Below, piece after piece: positions 27,703 through 37,217 of a DNA stretch of 64,000 nucleotides. Each line of letters begins with the position of its first letter. Position 1 is the stretch's first letter. The stretch is taken from positions 2,844-66,843 of the forward strand of contig JAKAUU010000016.1 of assembly GCA_021817505.1 (NCBI GenBank). The letters run 5' to 3'. A program made the position numbers and the translations under genes. The notes beneath the pieces are model-generated. The model saw only the letters and a program-made list of their open reading frames with translations. It had not been told where the DNA came from and did no database searches. Source of the stretch: Candidatus Micrarchaeota archaeon (GTDB lineage: Archaea > Micrarchaeota > Micrarchaeia > Micrarchaeales > CABMGC01).

Positions 27703-28077
27703 ATGGCCGGCAGATCCATAATAGTTGATACCAGTTCCATAATATTCGGACTCTCAAAGAAGCATGATGTTTTTGGCAAGCTGGCAGAGAGATTTCCAGG
27801 ATATGGCATTTCCATATCACAGGGAATAATGAATGAGATAAAAGGCATAGCGAGCGGAAGCGGAAGGTATTCGAAGAGTGCGAAGGTTGCACTGGAGCTG
27901 ATAAAAAAGAACAAAAGCATAGAGATAGACGGCAGCAGGAAGTACCCTGATGACTGGATGGTGGATAAAGCATCTGAAGATATGATAATCTGCACTAATG
28001 ACACAGCTCTTAAGAAGAGGCTCAGGGAAAAAGGTGCGGCAGTGATCAGCATATCGATAAACGGCATTTTAAGATAA
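27703..28077 (+). CDS. PIN-domain protein, Fcf1-like (COG1412 type)
   Basis: IIVDTSSII..., NEIKG and ICTNDTALKKRL acidic-residue pattern. It occupies the conserved archaeal position immediately upstream of rpo7/spt4. Confidence 0.7.
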   Translation: MAGRSIIVDTSSIIFGLSKKHDVFGKLAERFPGYGISISQGIMNEIKGIASGSGRYSKSAKVALELIKKNKSIEIDGSRKYPDDWMVDKASEDMIICTNDTALKKRLREKGAAVISISINGILR

Positions 28078-28174
28078 TTGGCATGCTGGCAATGGGTTTA
28101 TATTTTTATTCCTTGTTATTCTTATGGTAATTTTGCTTCTTATCCGTGATTAAGACAATTAAACAAGTGGTATA

Positions 28175-28789
28175 GTGTACTACATACATACGATAAAGGA
28201 CTCTGTAAGCGTATCTCCGGTGTACTTCGGGGAGAAGATAGACGAAGGGGTCGAGAAGATACTCAGGGCGAAGTATGAGCGTACGCTCGACAAGGATCTT
28301 GGGATAATACTTGCGGTTTTCGAAGTCAGGGATGTGAGCGACGGAAGGATAATACCTGGTGATCCTTCGACGCACCATGATGTCACCTTTGACGTACTTG
28401 CATTCAAGCTTGAGGTTGAAGAGGTAGTTGTGGGAGAGGTATCCGAGCTTGCGGATTTCGGATGTTTTGTCAGGATAGGCCCTATAGACGGCCTGGTCCA
28501 TATGTCCCAGATAACTAGCGATTTCATAAGCTATGACAGGAAGGCAGGCATATTCGTATCGAGGAATACGGGCAGGAGCCTGAAGAAAGGCGATGTCGTC
28601 TTCGGAAAGGTATCCTCGATAAGCCTGAAGAACAGCATAGGCGATACGAAGATAGCGCTTACGATGCGTCCTGACGGCCTTGGAAAGTATGAGTGGATAA
28701 AGGAGCCTAAGAAGGAGCGCAAACCTATGGGGAACAGGCCGAGAAGCGGCGCAAGGAGAGGCCCTCCTAGAGGTTCTCCTAAGAAATAA
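28175..28789 (+). CDS. rpo7: DNA-directed RNA polymerase subunit Rpo7 (E') with a basic C-terminal tail
   Basis: N-terminal Rpb7-like domain (MYYIHTIKDSVSVSP...) followed by an S1 domain (VVVGEVSELADFGCFVRIGPIDGLVHMSQI). An extra tail reads KEPKKERKPMGNRPRSGARRGPPRGSPKK. Confidence 0.9.
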   Translation: MYYIHTIKDSVSVSPVYFGEKIDEGVEKILRAKYERTLDKDLGIILAVFEVRDVSDGRIIPGDPSTHHDVTFDVLAFKLEVEEVVVGEVSELADFGCFVRIGPIDGLVHMSQITSDFISYDRKAGIFVSRNTGRSLKKGDVVFGKVSSISLKNSIGDTKIALTMRPDGLGKYEWIKEPKKERKPMGNRPRSGARRGPPRGSPKK

Positions 28790-28801
28790 TAAGGTGTATT
28801 T

Positions 28802-28990
28802 ATGGAATTAGCATGCAGGAAGTGCAATCTTATAATATCGCAGGGCAATACCTGCCCTGTCTGCAACGTTTCTAATCTTACCTCGAAGTGGAGCGGCTAC
28901 ATAGCGGTGCTCAACGTTGAGAAATCGGACATAGCAAAAAGGATGGAGATCAAGATAAACGGCGCTTATGCGATAAGCATAAACGGCTGA
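28802..28990 (+). CDS. spt4: Transcription elongation factor Spt4 (RpoE'')
   Basis: 62 aa, zinc ribbon CRKCN...CPVCN followed by W.G, located directly after rpo7. Confidence 0.85.
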   Translation: MELACRKCNLIISQGNTCPVCNVSNLTSKWSGYIAVLNVEKSDIAKRMEIKINGAYAISING

Positions 28991-28997
28991 TTGATCA

Positions 28998-29687
28998 TCA
29001 CTCTTTTGGCTTCTCCTCCCTTGTGTACTTCTCCTCTACAGATACCTCCTTTACCTCTTCCATGAATCTGAATATGGAACTGACCATCGCAGACTTGTTT
29101 ATGAAGTAGTCGGCATCCTTGTTCGTCTTCTCTCCGAAGACCAGCTTCACAGCGGATTTTTCGGATTGCACAGAATCCGGCTTTAGCACATACATATCTG
29201 CTATCGCATCCACCTTCTCCTTCTCGGAATCCAGCTTCTTTACAACAGTTATGTCATAGATCAGCCTCTCTCCTGCAAGCGGATGGTTTGCATCTATTAC
29301 CACTCTGGCGGAATTTACGCTCTTTACGGTTACCGGAGTGCCGTCTATGTTTACGCGCATTCCCGGGACAGGGTCTATGTCGCGCTCCCTGAAGTCCTGA
29401 AGCTTCATCACCCGGACCAGATCCTCGCTCCTCTCGCCGAATGCATCCTTAGGCTCCAGTTCCACGGTCTTCTGCTGCCCTGCGGACATCTCCTTTACGG
29501 CTTGCTCGACGCCCTTGACAGCGTTGTTCTTGCCGATAACTATGAGCTGGGGGCCGTACTTGCTCCCTTCTTCGAATACGCTCTCCTCCTTTGCAGTCTT
29601 CTCCATCGTAGTATAGACTATGCTCTTATCAGAAGCTCTGCGTGCAGTATAGTCTATATTTACAAAATCGCCGTTCGTAAAAGGCAT
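28998..29687 (-). CDS. FKBP-type peptidyl-prolyl cis-trans isomerase (long archaeal type)
   Basis: FKBP core with insert-in-flap (...GMRVNIDGTPVTVKSVNSARVVIDANHPLAGERLIYDITVV) plus a C-terminal helical domain. Confidence 0.8.
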   Translation of the reverse strand: MPFTNGDFVNIDYTARRASDKSIVYTTMEKTAKEESVFEEGSKYGPQLIVIGKNNAVKGVEQAVKEMSAGQQKTVELEPKDAFGERSEDLVRVMKLQDFRERDIDPVPGMRVNIDGTPVTVKSVNSARVVIDANHPLAGERLIYDITVVKKLDSEKEKVDAIADMYVLKPDSVQSEKSAVKLVFGEKTNKDADYFINKSAMVSSIFRFMEEVKEVSVEEKYTREEKPKE

Positions 29688-29751
29688 AAAATCACACTAC
29701 TATTATATGGTTCATATTTAAAAGCTATCGGCATAATATGGAATAGATTAA

Positions 29752-30357
29752 ATGAACAGGAAGAAGACCATTGAATTCCTAGGGGCGCTCTTCGTTGCAG
29801 TGATATTCCTGACATCTTATGCTGCATTCTCGAGCAACAGCCCTGCCAATACTACAAGCACATCCAGCGTTGTTGCAACATATTATGCAGTGGGGAGTGC
29901 AAACGGCACGATAGCAGGATACAACAGCACCCTTTATGTGAATGTAAGCTGCAAGGGAGCCCTTGGCAACCAGACGATTAACAGGATAAATGCGATAGCT
30001 ACGGATCTTGAGAATAACGGCTCTGTCCTGACCTATTCATCTTCCGGGAATAGCTTCCAGATAGGCCCCCAGTCGATGAATTCAAAGAGCATATATTCGC
30101 ATATATACTCTTCGATAAGCCCGAACAGCACCTCATGCACCGGCTTCAGCACCATAGCTACGGTTGACCTTCCTTCATATATAGAGATGAATGTGCAGGG
30201 ACAGAGCATAAAGGTTGCTGTCCCAGGAAGGCTTTCATCGCAGCAGATAAGCATGCAGCTTAACCAGTCCATGCCTTCGGTAATACCTCTCAGGATAGCG
30301 GCACTGATAACTCAGAATGGCACTATATACGGTTCGCCTTCGATAAGCAGGGAGTAG
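29752..30357 (+). CDS. Secreted or membrane-anchored sequon-rich protein, possibly with a class III (pilin-like) signal
   Basis: The N-terminus MNRKKTIEFLGALFVAVIFLTSYA resembles the K-x-x-x-IEF + hydrophobic pattern of the pilin-like proteins in this window but lacks the QSA core. Many N-x-S/T sites. Confidence 0.5.
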   Translation: MNRKKTIEFLGALFVAVIFLTSYAAFSSNSPANTTSTSSVVATYYAVGSANGTIAGYNSTLYVNVSCKGALGNQTINRINAIATDLENNGSVLTYSSSGNSFQIGPQSMNSKSIYSHIYSSISPNSTSCTGFSTIATVDLPSYIEMNVQGQSIKVAVPGRLSSQQISMQLNQSMPSVIPLRIAALITQNGTIYGSPSISRE

Positions 30358-30358
30358 G

Positions 30359-32068
30359 ATGGATGGCCTTTCTGAGATCATAAGGAAGTATGCGCTGAAG
30401 AATGCGGTCGAGCATGGGAGCGCACGCGATTCCGCGGTTATTGCAAAGGCCATATCCATAGATCCTTCATTGAAAAATGATATGAAGGGGCTTGCCGTAG
30501 AGGTATCCGCCATAGTGAAGGAGGTGAACGCCTTGGACAAGGAAGCCCTTGGCGCAGCTTATGCGGAATACAAGGATGAATTTGAGAAGGAGCATTCCGA
30601 AAAGGCGGTTAAGAGTTCCTCCCACAATTTCACCATAGAGGATGCGGTTGAAGGAGCCTTCAAGACAAGGTTTGCCCCTGAACCGAGCGGTTACATGCAC
30701 ATAGGGCATGCAAAAGCGGTCTTCATAGAGGAGGAGCTTGCAAAAAAATACAAAGGAACAGTCAGCTTATATTTCGACGATACGAACCCTTCGAAGGAGA
30801 GGCAGGAGTTCGTAGACTCGATCAGGAAGGATGCCAAATGGCTCGGGGCCTCGTTTTCTGAGGAATATTACGCAAGCGACAATATGGAATACGAGTACAA
30901 ATGCGCCGAGAAGCTGATAAAGGGCGGCAATGCATATGTCTGCTTCTGCAATGCGGAGATGATCGGGGAGAAGAGGAGCGCGGGTGAGAGATGCGGGCAT
31001 AGGGCGCAGACTGAAGATGCGAACCTGAATTTCTGGAAGAATATGATTAAGGGAGAGTATTCCGAAGGCCAGGCCTCCCTGAGGTTCAAGGGGGATATGA
31101 AGGCCCTTAATACGGTCATGCGTGACCCTGTGCTCTTCAGGATCAAGAAGGACACGCACTACAGGCAGGGGAACAGGTATGCCGCATGGCCATCTTATGA
31201 CTTCAATACTCCGATAATGGATTCCATAAAGGGGATAACCCATGCTGCAAGGAGCAAGGAGTACGAACTTCGCGATGAACTCTATTACAGCATACTTGAC
31301 CTTCTTGGAATGAGGAAGCCCAGAATAATAGAGTTCTCCAGGCTGGAGATTGCAAACAATATAACGAGCAAGAGGCAGACCAATGCGCTTATAGAGGAGG
31401 GAAAGGTATCCGGCTATGAAGACCCGAGGCTTGTAACGATAACCGCTTTGAGAAAGCGGGGGATAAGGCCGCAGGCGATACGCGAATTTGTCCTCAGATC
31501 AGGATTGGGCAGGGCAGAAAGCGTGTCAAGCATGGAGAACCTTCTCTCATATAACAGGAAGGTCATCGACAATGAGTCCAAGAGGCTCTTCTTTGTGAGG
31601 GAGCCGGTCAAATTGGAGGTATCCGGGGCAGCAGATACGGTTGTAAAGTTGCGTTTGCATCCGACAGAGGGCATCGGATCGCGGGAGTACAGATGCGGAA
31701 GCGGCTATTATATTGATTATGATGACGCAGGTTCATTGGAGGAAGGGAGCATGGTGCGCCTCAAAGGAGCGTTTAATATAGAGATAACCGGAGTGGAGGA
31801 TAACCTGGTAAGAGCCGAGTATAAAGGTACGGAAAAGGCAGATGCAAGGATAATCCAGTGGGTTTCTGCGGACAGCTATATCGAATCGAGCCTCACCGTC
31901 ATAAGGGATCTCCTCAGAGGCGAGGATTTCAACGAGGGCAGCATGATGAAGATACGCGGATATGCGGAGAGCTATGCAAGCACGCTTAAGGATAACGAGA
32001 CGGTGCAGTTTGAGAGGATAGGCTTCTTTAAATTCGATAGCAAGGATAAGACCTTCTTCTCCCTGTGA
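30359..32068 (+). CDS. gltX: Glutamate--tRNA ligase (archaeal type)
   Basis: HIGH motif in FAPEPSGYMHIGHAKA, a class I catalytic domain and an archaeal/eukaryal-type anticodon-binding C-terminus; 569 aa. Confidence 0.9.
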   Translation: MDGLSEIIRKYALKNAVEHGSARDSAVIAKAISIDPSLKNDMKGLAVEVSAIVKEVNALDKEALGAAYAEYKDEFEKEHSEKAVKSSSHNFTIEDAVEGAFKTRFAPEPSGYMHIGHAKAVFIEEELAKKYKGTVSLYFDDTNPSKERQEFVDSIRKDAKWLGASFSEEYYASDNMEYEYKCAEKLIKGGNAYVCFCNAEMIGEKRSAGERCGHRAQTEDANLNFWKNMIKGEYSEGQASLRFKGDMKALNTVMRDPVLFRIKKDTHYRQGNRYAAWPSYDFNTPIMDSIKGITHAARSKEYELRDELYYSILDLLGMRKPRIIEFSRLEIANNITSKRQTNALIEEGKVSGYEDPRLVTITALRKRGIRPQAIREFVLRSGLGRAESVSSMENLLSYNRKVIDNESKRLFFVREPVKLEVSGAADTVVKLRLHPTEGIGSREYRCGSGYYIDYDDAGSLEEGSMVRLKGAFNIEITGVEDNLVRAEYKGTEKADARIIQWVSADSYIESSLTVIRDLLRGEDFNEGSMMKIRGYAESYASTLKDNETVQFERIGFFKFDSKDKTFFSL

Positions 32069-32109
32069 TTAAGCGATTGGGATTTTGCAGCTTACATTTA
32101 TGTGATAGT

Positions 32110-32769
32110 ATGGAATTCAAAGATATAATATGGCTGGGACACGCTTCTTTTGCCATCAGGGCAGGGAAGAAACTGTTATACGTTGATCCTTTCAGGATAG
32201 GCGGCTTCTCGGAACATGCGGATACCGTCCTTGTCACGCATCCTCATTTCGACCACTTCAGCGTGGATGAGATAAAGAATGTGTCGGGACAGGAGACGGA
32301 GGTATTCGTGCCGAAGGACTCTGTGGATAAGGTAAAGCATGTGAAGGCAATAGGGGTAGAGCCGTTCAAGAGCTACTCCTCAAACGGGATAAATTTCAGG
32401 ACCATCCCCGCCTATAATGTTGAGAAGGAGAGGCTGCAGTTCCATCCGAGGGCAAATGGCTGGGTAAGTTACATAATCGAGGCAAATGGCTTGAAGATCT
32501 TCCATCCAGGGGATACCGACAATGTTGATGAGATGGAAGGGCTTGATGTTGATATCGCGCTGCTCCCGATAGGAGGCACGTATACCATGGATGTTGACCA
32601 GGCGATAGCAGCTTCGAAGAGGATTAACGCCAAGGCTTTCGTTCCCATGCACTACAAGGCAGTACTCGGAAGGGAGAGAGCGGATGAAGCCGAGCAGAAG
32701 TTCCTGAGGAATGTGAGGAACAGCCACCTTCTGAAGGAGTTCGGAGAGCCTTACTACTCTTTCGAGTGA
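32110..32769 (+). CDS. Metallo-beta-lactamase-fold hydrolase (UPF0173-like)
   Basis: THPHFDH metal-binding motif plus HPGDT and MHY. The start is placed at ATG 32110 (MEFKDIIWLGHASF); the tracked ORF starts at 32065 inside gltX. Confidence 0.75.
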   Translation: MEFKDIIWLGHASFAIRAGKKLLYVDPFRIGGFSEHADTVLVTHPHFDHFSVDEIKNVSGQETEVFVPKDSVDKVKHVKAIGVEPFKSYSSNGINFRTIPAYNVEKERLQFHPRANGWVSYIIEANGLKIFHPGDTDNVDEMEGLDVDIALLPIGGTYTMDVDQAIAASKRINAKAFVPMHYKAVLGRERADEAEQKFLRNVRNSHLLKEFGEPYYSFE

Positions 32770-33581
32770 AAGAGAGATATCGCCTCCCTTGCCGCATCCA
32801 GCATAGCTTCAGGGCTCATTGAGAAAGGCCTTTCTTCCTTGTTTTCCAGCCTCTCCGAGAGGCTTATCGCATCTTCCTTAGCTATTCCCAGCGAGTGCCT
32901 TGAGTCTATGAATGCATTCCTGAGGGTCTTCTTCTTGTGCTGCATTAGAAGGTTTATCATATCGGACTCCTCTTTGCTTATCTCGACCTTCAGGGGCTTG
33001 AGGTATATTATTGAGGAATCGACCTTTGGCACGGGATTGAAATTGCCCCTCTTCACATCCATTATCTTTGTTACGCGCATGCAGAGGTGCGACATCACAC
33101 TTAGCCTTGAGTAGTTGCTCGTGTTAGGCTCTGCAAGCATGTGCTGGACAAATTCCTTCTGCAGGCACAGCACTGCCTGAAGCCTGTTCCCTATAAGGAA
33201 ATCGATCGTCTTGCTTGACAGATTGTAAGGAACATTCGATATCATTATGTCTATCAGTATCTCTTTCAAAAGATCATCGCCTGCCTTGAAGAAGTCGGCG
33301 TTTATCAGTTTTAGGTTCTTCAGCCTTGTAGTAGCGGCAAGTATGCTGTAGAGCTCCCTGTCCTTTTCTACAGCTATGACAAGCTTTGCCTTTTCGCACA
33401 GCTTTTTTGTAAGGATGCCCCTGCCAGGACCGATCTCAATGACATTCTTTCCTTCCGCATGAGCTGCCTCTATCTCGGCTATGTGCTCGTTCACAAGGAA
33501 GACCTGTCCTAGCTTCTTCTTGGGCCTTTTGATCAGCATAATAAAACCGGTTTGATTAACAATATAAACTGTTCTTATCAA
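32754..33581 (-). CDS. rsmA: 16S rRNA (adenine-N6,N6)-dimethyltransferase KsgA/Dim1
   Basis: LGQVFLVN, SAM motif VIEIGPGRGILT, and NVPYNLSS. The likely start is M15 at 33539. The 3' end overlaps the convergent MBL gene by 16 nt. Confidence 0.85.
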   Translation of the reverse strand: MIRTVYIVNQTGFIMLIKRPKKKLGQVFLVNEHIAEIEAAHAEGKNVIEIGPGRGILTKKLCEKAKLVIAVEKDRELYSILAATTRLKNLKLINADFFKAGDDLLKEILIDIMISNVPYNLSSKTIDFLIGNRLQAVLCLQKEFVQHMLAEPNTSNYSRLSVMSHLCMRVTKIMDVKRGNFNPVPKVDSSIIYLKPLKVEISKEESDMINLLMQHKKKTLRNAFIDSRHSLGIAKEDAISLSERLENKEERPFSMSPEAMLDAAREAISLFHSKE

Positions 33582-33604
33582 TTAATAATGAGTAGTGGTG
33601 CAAA

Positions 33605-34933
33605 ATGAAGGGGCAATCAGCCATAGAGTTTATATCCGTCTATGGGTTCATGCTGATAATTGCCGCATTGTTCATCGTACTCGTAATCCTGTTTGCATTT
33701 TCTGCCCAGGGTGCCATCCAGACATCGAAATGCAACGGCTTCACCGGATTCTACTGCACAAGCGCACAGGTTGTCTCTAACACAGTGTCAAAGAATTCGA
33801 TAATATTCCTGGCATTGGACTCGGAGCAGAGCGTTCCGATAAACGTGATAGGGGTAAATTTCATAGTGGGCAACTCGATATATTCAGGCAGATGCACTCC
33901 TTCACTCGCCACGCCCACTGTCCATATAACCTGCACTGCGGCCATGAGCGGCTTTACCAGGCAGGGGATCCAGGTAATAGGCTCGTATATAGTCAATGCG
34001 CAGTACTGCAATTCGCCATTGTATAACGTCAGCATAAAGGACTGTGCATATGACAATGTGACATACAATGGTGAATTTTCAACCTATGCTTCGGATCATC
34101 TGAGCCTTGGATTTGAGAATAATTCTGTTGCTCCGCAGATAGTGGGCGTGATAAACGGGCTTAATCTTCCGGAAGGCATTGCGGTGTCTCCTTCTGGAAC
34201 ACGCGCATACGTGGCGGAACCGTACTCTAGCTTCTATGGGGAGATAGCCGTGATAAGCATCCCTGCAAACTCGGTATCGGGTTCATTCACTTCCGGCCTG
34301 GCCAATCCTTCAGGCGTTGCCGTAGGGACTTCAGGAAGCTATGTGTATGCAACTAATCTTAACTTTTTTGGCGCTACTAAGTATATCGAGGTTGTGAATA
34401 CGGCTACCGGATCCGGCACGACCCAGGTGGATATGTCAGACCAGGAAGCGGCTATTGCAATGGTGCCTTCAGGGGCTTATGCATATGCAAGCGGATATTC
34501 AAACCAGGTGGAGATACTTAATACGGGTACGAACAGCATAACAGGTACGGTTAACATCGGTTATTTCGCATACTATCCAGGCATAGCGATATCTCCGGGT
34601 GGCAAGTATGCATATATTACCAACAATAACGGAAATAACGTACTGATACTTAACACAGCCACAGGTACAGTATCCGGCGCGATAACCTCACCTTCCATAT
34701 TATCTCCCGAAGGGGATGCAATCTCCCCTGATGGAAAGTATCTGTATATAGCGAATGCTGGAGATGAGAACCTGATCATAGTGGACATCGCCACCGGAAA
34801 GATAGTGAACAGCGTTAGCGCAGGATTCAACGGACCGTACGGGGTCGCATTCTCCCCTACAGGATCTCTTGTATATGTCACGAACCAGTATGGCGGCAAT
34901 GTAGTGATAATAAACCCGGGCTCGTATAATTAG
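33605..34933 (+). CDS. Class III signal peptide (type IV pilin-like N-terminus) fused to a YVTN-type beta-propeller
   Basis: MKGQSAIEFISVYGFMLIIAALFIVLVILF is a pilin-like N-terminus. The C-terminal half contains 6-7 blades (GIAVSPSGTRAYVAE, GIAISPGGKYAYITN, GDAISPDGKYLYIAN, GVAFSPTGSLVYVTN). Confidence 0.8.
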   Translation: MKGQSAIEFISVYGFMLIIAALFIVLVILFAFSAQGAIQTSKCNGFTGFYCTSAQVVSNTVSKNSIIFLALDSEQSVPINVIGVNFIVGNSIYSGRCTPSLATPTVHITCTAAMSGFTRQGIQVIGSYIVNAQYCNSPLYNVSIKDCAYDNVTYNGEFSTYASDHLSLGFENNSVAPQIVGVINGLNLPEGIAVSPSGTRAYVAEPYSSFYGEIAVISIPANSVSGSFTSGLANPSGVAVGTSGSYVYATNLNFFGATKYIEVVNTATGSGTTQVDMSDQEAAIAMVPSGAYAYASGYSNQVEILNTGTNSITGTVNIGYFAYYPGIAISPGGKYAYITNNNGNNVLILNTATGTVSGAITSPSILSPEGDAISPDGKYLYIANAGDENLIIVDIATGKIVNSVSAGFNGPYGVAFSPTGSLVYVTNQYGGNVVIINPGSYN

Positions 34934-34964
34934 AGTGGAGCATTGGTCAGACAGAATGGGCATC

Positions 34965-35597
34965 CTACCTTGTCATGCTTGCGATTATTGACTTGTAATT
35001 GGATCTCTGCCTTTCTATGATCTTAATTCGCCTTGTTCTGCTGCCTGCAATCCTCTTGAGCTTAGTCACCTTCTTCCTCTTGAAAAGCCTTAGGATACCT
35101 GATTCCGACATCTTTATCTCGTAGTTTACCCTGCTCATGAAATCAGAATTCCTCTGAAGCATCTTATCATAATAGGCGACCTTCTTGGATATGTCCGATG
35201 AGAAGTTCCCGTAATACTTGGCGATAGAATCTACGCTTCTTGACTTGCAGGTAAGTCCTATGAGGAGAAGGATCGCCATGTCATTGCCGAATACCGACGA
35301 GTAGCCGATTGCGAGGGCCTCCATGTGCTTAAGGTATGCCTTCATTTCCGACCTTGACATCGCTTTGGTATTGTTTATGACATTGGGCATGCAGAATATT
35401 TCATAATCGTAGTTGTTCAGTATGTCTTTTACGTTAGAGACATGCGAATCAAGCTGCTCCTTGACCTCCTTTCCCTGGTGCCTTCCAGACACTAATTCGC
35501 TCTCCCATCTCTTCCTTATTATGTCCTTCAGGGCCGCCTTTTCAAGGCTTACCCTGTCCTGAACCTGATTAACGCCAATCCCTTCTCTGATCGCCAA
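34965..35597 (-). CDS. Hypothetical protein with a strongly basic C-terminus
   Basis: 210 aa, codon-consistent ORF in an otherwise unoccupied slot. No motif recognised. The tail reads KRKKVTKLKRIAGSRTRRIKIIERQRS. Confidence 0.45.
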   Translation of the reverse strand: MAIREGIGVNQVQDRVSLEKAALKDIIRKRWESELVSGRHQGKEVKEQLDSHVSNVKDILNNYDYEIFCMPNVINNTKAMSRSEMKAYLKHMEALAIGYSSVFGNDMAILLLIGLTCKSRSVDSIAKYYGNFSSDISKKVAYYDKMLQRNSDFMSRVNYEIKMSESGILRLFKRKKVTKLKRIAGSRTRRIKIIERQRSNYKSIIASMTR

Positions 35598-35677
35598 ACA
35601 ACCACTTGACCCTATGACCCTTTAAATGAAACAAATTCTCCTGTTAGTATTTTAAATATATGTATTCAGAGCTGCAG

Positions 35678-37186
35678 TCAGAACAGGTATATCGCAAAGC
35701 TCCTCATGAATTTCTTTATGCCCTGATATATGGGGTTTGAATTCCTCTTTACGTCCTTTACCAGCGCCTTGTACTTCCTTTTCTCCTCTGCAGATAGCTG
35801 CCCTTCCTTCACTATCTCCTGTTTCTTCCCGTCAACTATCTGCGTCTCCGTCTTTGATATTATCTCCTTCTTTATCATCGCATACCATTCGTCGAGAGAG
35901 TTCCCCTTCCTCCTGATCATGTTTATGAAGTCTGACATCGTTATTTTCCTTCTTCTCCCGGTCCTGTCCTCCTCTGCAGCAGGTATCAGTGCCGCCTTGT
36001 CGCATATCTCTTCTATGTCCGCCTGGGAGAAGCCCATCGTGGCACGTGCAAGCCTTCCGTATGACATATGCCCCAAAGGCATCTTCCTCGTATTGTAAAT
36101 GAAGGCGCTCTTCCTGGTCTTGTAGTCAGGCGGAGGTATGTATATCGATTCGCCGAATCTCTTGCTCCTCTTCAGCGCAGGGTCTATGTCCCAGGGCTGG
36201 TTGGTCGCCCCTATCACGAATATTCCTTCAGGATTCTTCTCGACACCGTCCATCTCCTGCAGGAACTGGTTTACGGCCATTCGCATGAAACTGCTGCTCT
36301 CTCCGCCTCCTCCGCCGCCTGATCTTTTTGTACCGAGAGCATCAAGCTCGTCGAAGAATACGACGCATGGGGTGTTCTGCCTCGCCTGCTCGAATATCGC
36401 ATGCATGTTCTTTTCAGTATTGCCTGCATACATATCCACTATCTCGTTTATCGCGGCTATCAGCACCTTTGATTTGGTCTCTCCACCGATGGCGTTGACG
36501 AAGTATGTCTTTCCGCAACCCGGCGGACCGTAGAATATGACCCCTAAGCCGAGCTTCTTCCCGTATGCCTTTAGGAGCTCCGGCTTTTTTATCGCAAGCA
36601 CTATGTTCTCGTAGATCAGCTTCTTCTCCTTGCTCATCCCCACTACGTCGCTGAAATTTATCTTCGATTCATGCCATTTCAGTTTCTTTATCTGTCCTTC
36701 CTCGACAACCGTTGATTTTGAAGAGTTGCTGCTGGTATCAGATTCCTTGTTCTGCGGCTCGCCCACAACCACCTTCTGCTTTTTCTCTTCCAGGGCGGCG
36801 AGCCTTGCCTTCGCCTGTTCATAATCAGGATTTCTTGAGAGTGCTTTCTCATACCATTCCTTTGCCCCTTCAAAGTCCTTCTGGTACTCCGCTATTATGC
36901 CCATTATGTATGGCGCGTCGTAGCTGTCAGGTTCGAGCTCCAGAACCTTCTCCGCATCTCGCAAAGCGCTCTCATATTTGTTAAGTATGGCATATGCGAG
37001 TGCCCTGTTGAAATATGCACTTGCGTATTCAGGATCCTGCTTTATCGCCTTCGAGTACATATCGATGGCTTCCTCAAACTGATTGTTCTCGAAGAATGTA
37101 CCTGCCTTCTGGTATGTCTCCTTGGCGTTCGGACTAGGCACATGCTTCGTATTTGTAGAGGAACTTTCGGATTTGCCTGCTGCCAA
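35678..37186 (-). CDS. TPR-repeat + classical AAA ATPase
   Basis: Three N-terminal TPR units (AIKQDPEYASAYFNRALAY...LELEPDSYDAPY...LSRNPDYEQA), Walker A GPPGCGKT, Walker B VVFFDELDA, and a second region of homology (GATNQPWDIDPALKRSKRF). There is an unusual GGGGGG insert after Walker B. TTG start. Confidence 0.8.
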   Translation of the reverse strand: MAAGKSESSSTNTKHVPSPNAKETYQKAGTFFENNQFEEAIDMYSKAIKQDPEYASAYFNRALAYAILNKYESALRDAEKVLELEPDSYDAPYIMGIIAEYQKDFEGAKEWYEKALSRNPDYEQAKARLAALEEKKQKVVVGEPQNKESDTSSNSSKSTVVEEGQIKKLKWHESKINFSDVVGMSKEKKLIYENIVLAIKKPELLKAYGKKLGLGVIFYGPPGCGKTYFVNAIGGETKSKVLIAAINEIVDMYAGNTEKNMHAIFEQARQNTPCVVFFDELDALGTKRSGGGGGGESSSFMRMAVNQFLQEMDGVEKNPEGIFVIGATNQPWDIDPALKRSKRFGESIYIPPPDYKTRKSAFIYNTRKMPLGHMSYGRLARATMGFSQADIEEICDKAALIPAAEEDRTGRRRKITMSDFINMIRRKGNSLDEWYAMIKKEIISKTETQIVDGKKQEIVKEGQLSAEEKRKYKALVKDVKRNSNPIYQGIKKFMRSFAIYLF

Positions 37187-37217
37187 TTATATCACTCTTT
37201 TATATTGAGATCTTGGA

